DNA of 62,956 bases, filler included, from Choristocarpus tenellus KU-1152 (lineage: Eukaryota > Protista > Phaeophyceae): the NCBI GenBank assembly GCA_964200185.2. It is 12 parts of 12 records of this genome, joined end to end, with 100 filler letters (N's around TTAATTAATTAA, not from the genome) between each part and the next. Parts side by side here need not be neighbours in the genome. Positions count along the whole stretch, not along the records: positions 48,044 to 54,901 come from CAXNAD020007203.1; positions 55,002 to 59,508 come from CAXNAD020014242.1; positions 59,609 to 62,956 come from CAXNAD020020647.1; 9 more parts are not named here. One strand, given 5' to 3'. The position numbers were made by a program, and so were the translations under genes. The notes under the pieces were generated by a model that was not told the DNA's origin, ran no database searches, and saw nothing but the letters and a program-made list of their open reading frames with translations. Positions 50,330-62,956 of this stretch are shown piece by piece; the stretch's first letter is position 1; every line of letters starts with the position of its first letter.

Positions 50330-52450
50330 CCTTTCCAATGGTCTCATCCCTATCAATATCGAGAACATTGAGGTTGTCCATTCGGACAAGAACCGCATCT
50401 GCTGACCAATGCAATATAGAAAAAGGGAATCTGTTTCTCAGAGAGGCAGGATTCCTCTACAGGCAAAGCTCCAAAAGCATGACAGAGTAAGGTCTGATAT
50501 GTTTGCCTACCAATGAAATGAATATTACCTTTCGCTTTTTTAAGATTGGGCGAGATATTGCGGCGAACTTGTCCGTCACCTTTTGCGATCTCCTTGCTTA
50601 GACATGCGGCCTCGACCTCCTTGGGAAAGGAAGGTAAAAGGGCATCCATATTCTGCGACACATCAGGTTCTTTGTGAAAGAGGTTTTCCACTTCATTCTT
50701 TGTGGCGGTCATGTCAACCATTGTGAACACATCGTCGGGAGTAGCAACAACCTGATGCATAGATCATTAGGCATGTGTGCAAGGATGAGGTAGCTGCAAC
50801 ACTTAAAGCAAGGTAAGCGGGATAGAAGCAAACAATGGTAGTATAATTTCATTGTAGATCAATAGGACATCTCCCCACAAATCTTACCTCTTCCAACTCC
50901 ATTTGTCGTGATGCAGCAGCCCTCTGTAAAGTGCGTGATCTGTGTACTTCTGAATACCCCTCCCTCAATTCCATATGAGGTCATTGCCCACTTCTAGCCT
51001 TCCCATGCTAGGTGAAGAACAAAGTCAAATTTTGGGAGGGGAAGATGTCATGTCGGCAGTGTCCATGCTTTCCTCATGGAAGTAAATGTCTTGCCGCATC
51101 AGTACCTACAGGAGTACTGGAGCACCAGGAAACATGTAGTGACAACCACTGTCACTATAAGGTGTGACAGGGAGTACCGATATATATTGAAGGATTCAAC
51201 ACCATCGCAACTGGAGACAATAGTATTGTCCGGAGGGCAGCAGTACGCTGGTTATATAACAGATACCTATCATCGACTGAGTGCCTGCATTGACAATATG
51301 TCTACGAAAAATTGTTTGTTTAGCTATCCAGGTTGCTGCTCTCTTCCTCAGATATTTAGGCAAGAATGTACCAGACTCTTACAACATGATGCACTACCTC
51401 TAACATGTGTAGGTGCTTGCCTTGGTAGATGGGGAAGTGTACAGTGTCTTGTGCCACTTTTTCTGATATGGATCACACTCCAGAGCACCAGTGAGAGGCA
51501 CTCATCAATTTTTGCAGTGACAAAGACAGCAACAGGACTGGGGTAGGGACAGAGACAGTAGACTCAGGAAGATTTAGGACCATGCACACAAGAAGGGATA
51601 TACTACTAAGCCACTATGATGGGCTACATATCCTAAAGTTTAAAAGACAACCTTTGGGCACGATGAAGATTAGAATCATACAATCAAGAAGGGATACACA
51701 CCACTGTGAGAGGTACACATCCTGAGGGTACAAGGTGCACTCATAAGAAGCATCACAGGCGATGTAGCAGACATTGGGTCGAGCCAGAGCCATCATGGTC
51801 GAATCATCATCTATCCCAAATTTGATGGCACAGAAGTGAGTTGTGCCAGGTTTCACGAGAGGTTTGATACTGTTGTTATGCCTTTACGAGGTAAAGATGT
51901 CCGCCCTAACTTCACTTTTCTGCACCAAGGCCAGCAACAGGCAAGCATGTGGTTGCATGCCAACAGTAGCAACACTCTCCATAAGAAACTGTGTGCAACC
52001 CTCACTGTCAACTGCAGCATACACCCTGGTGAGGAAATTTCTCCGTGCATGGATACTACATGCGAAGGGCATTAGGAGCAGTGAAATTTCTCCTAGACAA
52101 GTTCAGGGCATACACACTAGCATAAACTTATGGAACCCGACTAGCAGAAACGCATGTGGAAGAGGGTGAAGACTAGGATCTCTATTTCTCAAGAGCCACT
52201 CCATTATAGGAAAGACTCACAGACTTGCGACACAAGACAGGATAATGAAGTTAGTCACGACTGCCTCCAACAAGGTACACACCCCTGGCACTGCAGTTGC
52301 ATTATCGAATAGATGCGGCACAGGCTGGTGGAGGTCTTAGGGGCAACGCCACAATCAGATTTGTGTCTTAGTTGCAAATAACAGGGACAGCAAACCCACC
52401 AGTGCCCAGCAAGAAGAAAGAACAATGGTGCTTGTTTCTGAAGACACAAT
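50330..52450 (-). mobile_element. Decayed hAT-superfamily transposase
   Basis: Minus-strand fragments occur in hAT order: DNATA...LLEAV..NFIILSCVA (DUF659-like TDNA...CxAH), KPLVKPGTTHF (PxxTRF), VAMVLNP, and C.*RN...LRNR...LVR..NL (dimerisation-domain-like). Many stops and frameshifts. Confidence 0.6.
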
Positions 52451-53141
52451 CATGCTTAACCTCAGAAGGCAAGGCCCAGAAAAAGGATCACAAGAGGGAG
52501 GTGCAATATAACAGAGGTGATAACGGAGGTGAACAAAAACTCGACTAAGTTAGAAACTCAACTGATGGTTTGCTTTCCAGCAGAACTGCTGCGCTTGTCT
52601 TCTCAACAAACTACTGATTTGGACAACATAGGATTTCACGTGCTTGTCGATAATGGGTGCTTTGACCGCATGTTAGATTCAGGACTCCTCCTTGGAGACA
52701 TACACTCGAGTAGAGAGGCTCATTGAGAATGAATGGAATTCCAACCACCTAATGATATCTTGTGTGGTCTGGTAGCAACACGTTTAGAAGAAGTAACCGA
52801 GAAGGGGGTGTGTTTTGGTCATTCTGGGTTTCATGGATTTTTCAAATTTGTCTGAATGAAGACAAGACTCTCGAAAAAAGGGCACCAGTAAGGATGATTT
52901 TTTTGCTTCTTTTGCAAGCTGAGTGTGCTAAAATATATTTATATATATATATATACTCCATAGGTGTGGACTGTTTGCTCCAAGAACATGTGCCACCAGA
53001 GAGTAAGAGGGGCCCTACTGAAACTCAGCAGAACTCCCCTCTCCATTAGTTTGTCTCTTACTGCTGCAGCGATAGGAGTTATTTTGTATGGTTGGCAAAG
53101 AATTCAGATGGTGAGGGTCTACCACTTACCTTGAGTGTATT

Positions 53142-53400
53142 GAGTAAGTATCTTAGAGGGTACGAGTTTTACCCTGTTTGTCCGTCTGGGGCTTGGTTCC
53201 CATGCATGGGCTTTTTTATGACATTTTCATACTCCAAGTGGGTAAAATGTGTACGTTTTGGAGTAGGTATTGTGTTTATGTCCAGAACAAGGGTATTGAC
53301 ACTTCCTAACAAACAAGATAGCCAAAATTACATCACAATCGCAAAATTGGATTTTGACCCCCAAACGGACGCAGCTCTACCCTCTAAGATACTTTGGCTC
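53142..53400 (-). mobile_element. MITE, GAGTCAAAGTATCT family, complete copy (reverse orientation)
   Basis: GAGTAAGTATCTTAGAGGGTA ... TACCCTCTAAGATACTTTGGCTC, with a 3-bp direct repeat ATT. Confidence 0.92.
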
Positions 53401-53499
53401 ATTGATAGTCCCTGGACTAAGACTTAATGCATTTTGCTCATTAATGGCACAAAAAGAAGTGTGGGGGTGGATACCCTATCGACTGCATCACTTCAAGGG

Positions 53500-54540
53500 T
53501 TTTGTCGAGGAGTCCTTTCCCACTGCTCATCCTTCTGGGGGTACAAGCTACTCAGATTTGTAGATACATGAGGAGGACGATAAAACTGCCACAGTTACAA
53601 TTTACTGTTACATTTCACTGTTACAGCACATATTCCGCAATTTTGAATGCCATAAACCTGTGGGACCACAGATAGATTCAACTCAATGTCAAAGAGGGGT
53701 GTGGTTTGGAATATACCAAGGTACTGGAGACACAATACTGGCTGCATTATCTGATGGGATGATGCAACATGGCTGGTTCTTTGCGCCCTCTGGGGGCACC
53801 TTGGATATACAGTTTATTCAACAGGAGAAGGAACTCGTCAGAGATGACAGGAGCATTCTTCAACGAGTGGTTTGCTGACAGTGTATGCCAAGTTCGCATA
53901 TTCACAAATTATGGACAACCTGACGACATACCACACATAGGAGAACTATTATGAGTCTACTTCCTTGTTTCCAGGGGAAAGAGATATATTGTCACGAAAT
54001 ATGCAATATAGCGAGCATGGGAGGTTATGGAAAAGTCAATACTTCAGGTGGAAATGACGCCAGAAAAAAAGGAGGACCAGAACAGGAGTTCTGTTTTCTT
54101 GGACCTCCAGTAGTGCTATCAATTACAGAGCTGGTCTTAGGAGGCAGCCGGGATACAGCTACAGTTGGTTTATATGGAGTAAAGTGTATTTTGGCTTGAT
54201 ATCATCCTCTATAGAACCTTCAACAATGGAGATGAGGTGGCTGGACACAGAAGACAGACTAAAAGAGGCTGATTGACTATCATTGAGACATTCACCGGAC
54301 CAGCCCTTGGAGTATTTGGACACAAATTACTACTGTAGTGATGAAACCAAGATGAGCAGCAAGGGGCTATAGAAATCTTCATGAGACACCGCTGAACTTA
54401 GGGCTGGATTCCATACAGGACATGAGACCAGCTAAACATTTAGTGAGGTAGATACAAGGGTCTCTGTATCTTCTTTTGGTGCACAAATCTTTTTGCTTGG
54501 TTGGCTATGCTGATGCCAGCTATGCAAACAGTACTATCAA
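53500..54540 (+). mobile_element. Copia LTR-retrotransposon RT/RNase H remnant
   Basis: PAKHLVR*IQGSLYLLLVHKSFCLVGYADASYAN matches the Copia junction AAKR.LRYLKGT...L.GY.DA.YA. The 5' boundary is approximate. Confidence 0.65.
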
Positions 54541-54726
54541 TTCCAGATAAAATATAAGTGCAATGTCTAATTTGCAAGCACAGCAATTACATGGTGACCA
54601 AAAAGATGCAACATATCATGGCCACCTCAGATAAAAAGGCAGAACACTGCTTTGCGACTGCTGCTCTGAAAGATATTTACCTTAGAGAACTTCTTTAATA
54701 AACTAGGATTCTCTGATGAGTCTATG

Positions 54727-54901
54727 GGTTCAAAGTATCTGGGGGGGGTGGCGGCTGTCCATTCAGGACCAATTTTTCCATGTCGCGATTTTTGGGTGAT
54801 TTGGTTACATGCATCGGATGGGGTCAAAGTATCTGGGGGGGGAGGTGGTTTGTGAGGGGGCGTCCGTTTCGGTCAAAAAACACTTTTTTTTGCTGACATT
54901 T
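54727..54901 (+). mobile_element. Two nested MITE left ends (poly-G subfamily)
   Basis: GGTTCAAAGTATCTGGGGGGG at 54727 and GGGTCAAAGTATCTGGGGGGG at 54821. Confidence 0.8.
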
Positions 54902-55089
54902 NNNNNNNNNNNNNNNNNNNNNNNNNNNNNNNNNNNNNNNNNNNNTTAATTAATTAANNNNNNNNNNNNNNNNNNNNNNNNNNNNNNNNNNNNNNNNNNN
55001 NCCCCCGGGTTGTAGTTGATTGCCAGTGCATTTTCCATCTTTGTGTTATTTCCCTTTATATCCATGAGGGGGGGGGGGGGGGAAACAAT

Positions 55090-55245
55090 TAATAATGCAT
55101 GTTGGGAGATCCGGCACTTTCACTCGACACGACTTTTGTGCATCAAAAGAGGCCTGTACTGGACATGGACACCATCTACAAGCCTCGCAGACTGGAGAGG
55201 GACACGTGTCCCGCGGAGCAAAGCTGTATTTTGTGGAGCAAAGGT
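55090..55245 (+). mobile_element. Possible fragment of the CRE-like RLE domain
   Basis: Frameshifted IRH...KRPVLDMDTIYKPRRLE...KAV resembles the R..D segment that precedes the DVT motif of RLE endonucleases. It is followed by a partial MITE end at 55248-55325. Confidence 0.4.
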
Positions 55246-56567
55246 GGGAGTGAAAGTATCTTGGAGGGTAGGTGTTTTGCCCCCCCCTGATTGTTGTCCG
55301 CTTGGGGCCTGGCTTTCCCACGGATTGATGAAGACAGATTGTATCCACTACCCTGAAACGTTACAGGCCGAATAGCATGTCTGCCTTGTTTTCGTATTCC
55401 GAGCAGTGTGAGTGGCCTTCTTATGGCATTTACTATCTCATGTGGTTCTTATACGTTTTTTATTTTTATTTGAGACATGATTCCCGTCTTCTATTGTTTG
55501 TGTTTGCACCTATGAATGGGAAAAGAGTCTCCGACAACAACCCTATTTCAGTACCATTGTCATTTTGCATCCATATTAATTTTGTGTAGGATATTTGTAA
55601 GGAAGTGCTTAAGTCTTACTATGTCTCTCCCCATCTTTCCGAGTCTCTTTTTGTTGGGGTATATGCTGCTTGCTCGTGGATGTAGAGCAAGCGCCTTTAT
55701 ATCACAGGACCTTGTTTTTGTTATTCCTGACCGTGAGACGTCTTGGGTGTCTTTCATTTGTCTTTATGTTTCTGAAGGGGGGGGCAATCTAGGCAAGTAC
55801 CATATTTCAGCGATATTTTAGTTTTGTGCCTGTATTCATTTATTTGATAGTTGTTGCGAAGAGGGAGAGACTTCCTCGAGATGCTCTCTAGGGTTATTTT
55901 TTATTGTAAAGATGTTTGATACATTCTGTTTTGGTCTATATTCACAGTTCCTACCAACGGTGTGTAAGCCTTTCCGTGACGGCACCCAATCCCTTTTTGT
56001 GGCCGTGAGTCGTGGTCTTGGGGTCCTGTCCTTCCTGTGTTCCTAGTTGTGAATGGGGGGAGTGTCCATGGCAATGCACGAATCCGGTGCTAAGACGATT
56101 TTGTGTCTGTACTTATGTGTGTTTATCTTTGAAAGGGTGGAGTCCTCTTAGAGACAGTACCCTTCTTCCGACGTGTGTTGTGATAACTCTGGGGTAGGAG
56201 TGTTTTTCTTTGCAACGTGGAGTCAAATGCGGAGCAAGTGCCGCTGTGAGGTGCGAGTGTCGCACTAACATATCTGTTGTCAGGGCAAACGTTGGAAAGG
56301 GGGTTTTCGTCCAGGTTTCCTCCCTCCGCTGGATCCCCAACGCTGCCTACTGATACATTTCACTTCTGCTGCGTTCACATGGTAGGATGAGGAGTGACAT
56401 TATATTTCATTGTCCAATAGCTCGTTTTGAACATTGAAGCAGTTACGCTTCATGCTAGGGGCGGCATGTCACAGGTGATATGTCTCTTCGTGGCGATTTC
56501 ATAAACACCATTTATGACATTGGACCATATAATAGGTTTCATATGGATGTTGTACTTCTAAACCAAT

Positions 56568-56832
56568 GAGTCAAAGTATCTGAAAGGGTTTGAGCCGCGT
56601 CGATTTGGGGGGCAAAAAATCTATTGTTGTGATTTCGATGTAATTTTGCCCTTTATGTTTGTTAGGAAGTGTCAATATCCATGTTATAGACACACGCCTT
56701 TTCATAACGTATACATTTTTACCTACTTACTAAAAAACATTTGTATATATAAATGTCATTCAAAAAAATGGGAAGCCAAGCCCCAAATGGACAAAAAGGG
56801 TAAAACTCACACCCTCTAAGATACTTTACTTC
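56568..56832 (+). mobile_element. MITE, GAGTCAAAGTATCT family, complete diverged copy
   Basis: GAGTCAAAGTATCTGAAAGGG ... ACCCTCTAAGATACTTTACTTC; the interior is homologous to 12647-12909. Confidence 0.88.
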
Positions 56833-58488
56833 AAGCAATTTTATTTCTTGTTTTGCCATTATGGTCCCCGATCATGGTAAGACATCATAGACCAGTTGCT
56901 TTTTATACGATGATATATATCGATGATCTTCCAAGTGAGAGAGAGAGATGCAACATACTTCATGATTTGTTGTGCACCAGGAGTCTCATATAGGCACATC
57001 TGTGTATCGTTGTCTATAGGCCCGTAGACTGGAGCTGTATACATCCAGTGGAGGTAAGCTTTCGGGGGCGCCTGTGACAGAAATGCTTTGGAGTAGTAGA
57101 CAAAATAATACTTATACACACTACTGTGGGGTTGTGGCTGACCACCAGTTCAAGGTATGGCTTAGGGAGGAGGCAGGTTGATGGAACAGAAGTACAACGG
57201 ACAAAAATAGAGAGGAAAGTGTGGAACAGAAAGTATATTGTGTTCTACTGGACCAAAACACGTGCGGAAAAACAAAGCTAGGCACAATCCATTAGCCAAA
57301 GGTGTGTGCAGAAGAAGGGCATTATTGATGACAATTCATCACAAGCATGGTAAGCCTAGATTACTCCAAATCACCACTTACGATTTTGCTGTGTTCCCCA
57401 AGCGGACGTGGATGAAACCTCTGACATATACTTTGACCCTTGCGGGGTAGCGTCCCCCCCTGATTCTTAAATTGAAAACCCACGGTTATACCTATGTTAA
57501 TAATCAACGAACACAGACATACCCATTATTCCCTAACTCCAGGTAAGTTAAGATGGCGCCAGTGACCTGGAACATTTACACTCCTACAACACCCTGACAT
57601 CGATCAGCCCCCCCCCACCTGCACCCATGTACATGCAGCTTTACGATATCCTAAGCTTGGGTGCCACAAGCCACTAACACGCACTGAAGTGCTTCTTGCT
57701 GTAGAAAAGACAGAGATATTCACACACAACGAGCATTGACTCGACTCATTTTTATGTAACACACAACTTTCTACAGCAGATGGGGCACAAACACACGTTG
57801 TCCGGGATGTTCTTCTTCATCGCACCCTCTACGTAGGAGTGCAATGAAAGTCACACATATGGACGTGCGTACTTAATTCACCAACCAAGGTACGCATCTC
57901 ACGCACGCCCACACAGACCATCCTCTCTCCTTTTTCTTATTTCATGCCGTGCAAAATACGTATACGAGAGCGTCATATGGGACAAGGGCTTTCTGGTCTC
58001 ATCCAACCCCTTTTTGTTAGGGGTCTCACCACAAACTAAACATAACCGAAAAATCTTGGGCTTCACTTCCCCTTCCTATGCATATCCTGTCCCTCGATAA
58101 ATACTTTGTTTTCTTACCACCACACAAACGTATGCATACTACACAAGATACATGCTCCTCTACCCAAGCATGCTTTTGTCTATATATGTGCCCCTCAGTT
58201 TTCGAGAAACAGTTTTCGGACCTTTCTCCCACGCTTGGACGGTAATCCCGCTTGTGTCTGCCGCTTTTCCCCAATTATCTCCTCCCCCCACCCCTTTCGC
58301 ATATTCATTTTTTTCACTACTTGACCGAGGTTTTCCGAGAAAGTCATGTCTAAAGTTAACCCAAATATAACAAAGTAAGCTACAAACCTGCTCGAGACCA
58401 GCAGTACACAGCATAGCAGTCTTTTGTCTCTCAGTACTGCACAGAATATCACATCAAGTTTAGACGACTGCATTTTGCAGATATAACG

Positions 58489-59321
58489 ATGCCTTGTGTA
58501 GTGGGATCCAGCTGCAACATACAGGGTAATACTCCTGGTCCGCCCACACTATACATGCCATAAGTGTCGTGTTTGTAACGGCTTATCTTCATGCCATTTG
58601 CGGCGTCATAGATTCTTTTGGCACCAGCGAAATGAAAGGTGTGTGCAAATTGTGCGTGAGCCCCACCAAGCGCAAGACTTTGAGTCGTCCAGTTATTGAC
58701 AACACGGCGTCGAAGCGCCACGATAAGAAGAACAAGGGCAAGGGGAAGGTGCTGCCAAATAAATCTACGGAGAAAGACGCATCCTACAAGCCTCGCGGTG
58801 CCGACAATTGTAAACGCTTGAGCTTTACAGATAAGGTGGAAGCGTTGACACTCCTGAAGACCATGACGAGAACTGCAGTTGCTCAAAAATTTGGAATTGG
58901 TCACAGTCTCAGACTTCCATTGACGCAGCGAGAGCATGAATCGATGTGGAAAACGATCAAGTGGCTAATGTGATGCAAGAGGACATGAAAGACCAGCTGG
59001 CCGAGGAATTCTTGTACTAGTCAGACTATGAAGCTCGGGTGACAAGGATGACGATGGGTTTATGGGATGGGGCAGCACATCAGGGGCCGTGAGGAAGGAG
59101 CAGCCCCTTCAGTATTCTCGATTCCTCCACCGCCTTTCTCTCATGTAGCTGACGAGTTTGCAAGCGTGGAAACAACCGCCGAAGAGTGCAGCGTGACCGA
59201 TGTTTCGTACTACCTCCAGAAAGCAACGCTGGCTTGGCTTAGTGCAATCAGGGCAAGGATAATCAAACAAGCAGACATCCGAGATTGTTTTGACAGTCGC
59301 GATTTTCTTATTAGCTACTAG
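58489..59321 (+). mobile_element. Internally deleted pogo/Tigger-like transposase pseudogene
   Basis: MPCVVGSSC...HKCRVCNG/YLHAICG...CKLC (two frameshifts), then psq/CENP-B HTH KRLSFTDKVEALTLLKTMTRTAVAQKFGIG, then a C-terminal KQADIRDCF. No DDE core is seen. Homologous to 18864-19300. Confidence 0.7.
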
Positions 59322-60367
59322 GTTGTTTTACTTAGTGCATGCGATGGGGGGTGCATGGTGGTGCATCTGCATTTATCCACAGTGGCGTTTTAGATACTGT
59401 ACTGTATGATACCCTTGTATAGAGTGCAATTGAATACGTAGGGCAGGGCATCAGAGGAGAGTGGCTTTGAATGTTGATTTGATTTGAAGACCCAAAGTAT
59501 CTGGGGGGNNNNNNNNNNNNNNNNNNNNNNNNNNNNNNNNNNNNNNNNNNNNTTAATTAATTAANNNNNNNNNNNNNNNNNNNNNNNNNNNNNNNNNNNN
59601 NNNNNNNNGGCTTGACCCCCCCCCCCCCCCCATAGGAGGGTGCCAACACCCCACTCCCTCGAGAAAGACCCTTTTGTTTCCAACCTAGGAACCCCGAACA
59701 CAACATGAAATCCTATCCTCTACAGAGGGGTGAGTGATTGATCGCCCAGCTTGTCTGCGCCGCCACTATAATAAATAAAAATAAATAAAAATAAATCAAT
59801 AATAATAATAATAATAATAGTAATGGTATTGGTATTAGTATCAACACTGCCGCAAAACAAAAAATCTGTTAAAATAAATAAATAAATATATACCGAAAAT
59901 CGACCTTCATAGTTAAAAAAAAATGCCTCTTATTATCCTTGTTACCTTTTTCCTAGCGGGATGTTTTTCTTTTTTTCCGCCGTATGTCATGCTCTTCTTT
60001 TCTTGGGACAACGACAGCATCACAAAATATATCACTCTGTAAAACAAACCCGTCGATTACTTCCCTCTCAAAAGCATACTTTTTTTTTGTCTTGTGTTTG
60101 CGACTGGACTGACACAAGACAAAAAAAAAAAGAAGCTTGACCCTCTCACACCCACAACAAGACAAGCCCACTCCCCTCTCCCAAGCGAAGCCACAGATAC
60201 TCTCTTATCCTGTAGGCCCTTACATACATGTGCACACATAAACATGCATAAACATGCACACATACACAATATATATACAAGAAAGGGCTTCTCCTGTCCA
60301 ATTCAGTGCCAGTAACACATTTACGATTGAAGTACCGTCATGTACCGATATCATCCCGATTACGTAC

Positions 60368-62166
<1,799 letters not shown>

Positions 62167-62956
62167 CTGCCAATTTGAAAAAAAAAGTTTTTCTTAAAAA
62201 ATTTATTCAAAAAAATTGTATTTTTAAAATTTGTTGTCTAATTTTTTTTAAGCGCAAAGGTAGTAATTATTCTCAACATTCAATTCTTGCGGTGGTCACA
62301 ATTAAAAAAAAAGTACAAAATTGTAACTGTTCTCACTTTTTGATATCATGATAGAGACAGCAGTAATAGAAGTAACGTTTTGAATTACCAAATTAAAAAT
62401 GTTCTGAAATATTGACTTCAGTCATTCAAAGTAAAAAAACGAACAAATTGAACCTCAATATTTATTCTTTGCTCAAAAAGTATTCCTAAAAAATTCTACC
62501 ATGCTACCCAGTGCCGTACTTCGTTTCTGTTCTTATATCAACATATATTCTGAGAACACAAAAATAATTTTCCGGAAATGATAACCATGACAATAATGAT
62601 AACAGGGCGGGGCCTTGGAGCGCAAACAATCCCATCGCTTACTGTATTCCCACTTCAACTTTATAGTTAAGGTTAGGGCTTTCACAAACTAATTGCAGTG
62701 CGATGCTACTTCACAAGTGTTGTACAGACAGTGAAATAGTTCTGAAATTCAACAAGGAACCTCAAAGAAAATGAAACACACACACACAATGCTTGCTAGG
62801 TAGGGTGTTTGTCACATTATCTAAAGAAAGTTTTCAATCTCTTCTCATGTCTGTTGGAAGAGGAATAGGAACCCCCACAAACAACTTTCCTGTCCAAAAC
62901 CATCAAATCCCTTCCCCCCCCCCCCCCCCCCCCCCCCCCCACCCCCCCCCCCACAC

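Noticed and set aside
54705-54730. CTGATGAG hammerhead-ribozyme core
   Set aside because: No matching GAAA and stems can be identified, and the motif abuts a MITE.
7319-59608. Regularly recurring palindrome TTAATTAATTAA, resembling an array or recombination sites
   Set aside because: It is always centred in exactly 44+44 Ns, so it is a synthetic six-frame-stop linker. Gene neighbourhoods across linkers cannot be read as a system.

Overview
Eukaryotic, intron-rich nuclear DNA, most consistent with a stramenopile alga (probably a brown alga or close relative; inferred from the plastid-targeting-like N-terminus, the gene structure and the retroelement families). The window is not one locus. It is 12 contigs joined by eleven artificial 100-bp linkers (N44-TTAATTAATTAA-N44), so adjacency across linkers carries no information. 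Host genes with hand-reconstructed exons: a GNAT acetyltransferase head-to-head with mitochondrial processing peptidase beta, the 3' part of TFIIH p52/Tfb2, a 9-exon WD40 protein, an MGCxxS-acylated disordered protein, and a poly(Gln-Ala) protein fragment. One contig carries a BIN4-like (topoisomerase VI accessory) gene next to a decayed FSH1/OVCA2 serine hydrolase. The rest is transposon-rich: two Ngaro/DIRS-type retroelements (one with its RT inverted in place), CRE-like RLE non-LTR elements, RTE and Copia remnants, a decayed hAT, two pogo-like elements with an N-terminal PHD-like finger, and an abundant MITE family with 3-bp target duplications. The most notable observations are the BIN4-like gene, the PHD-finger pogo architecture with a PIP-box-like tail, and a CpG-rich 5' end versus CpG-poor gene body pattern suggesting cytosine methylation. 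All homology calls come from motif recognition by eye; no database searches were run.
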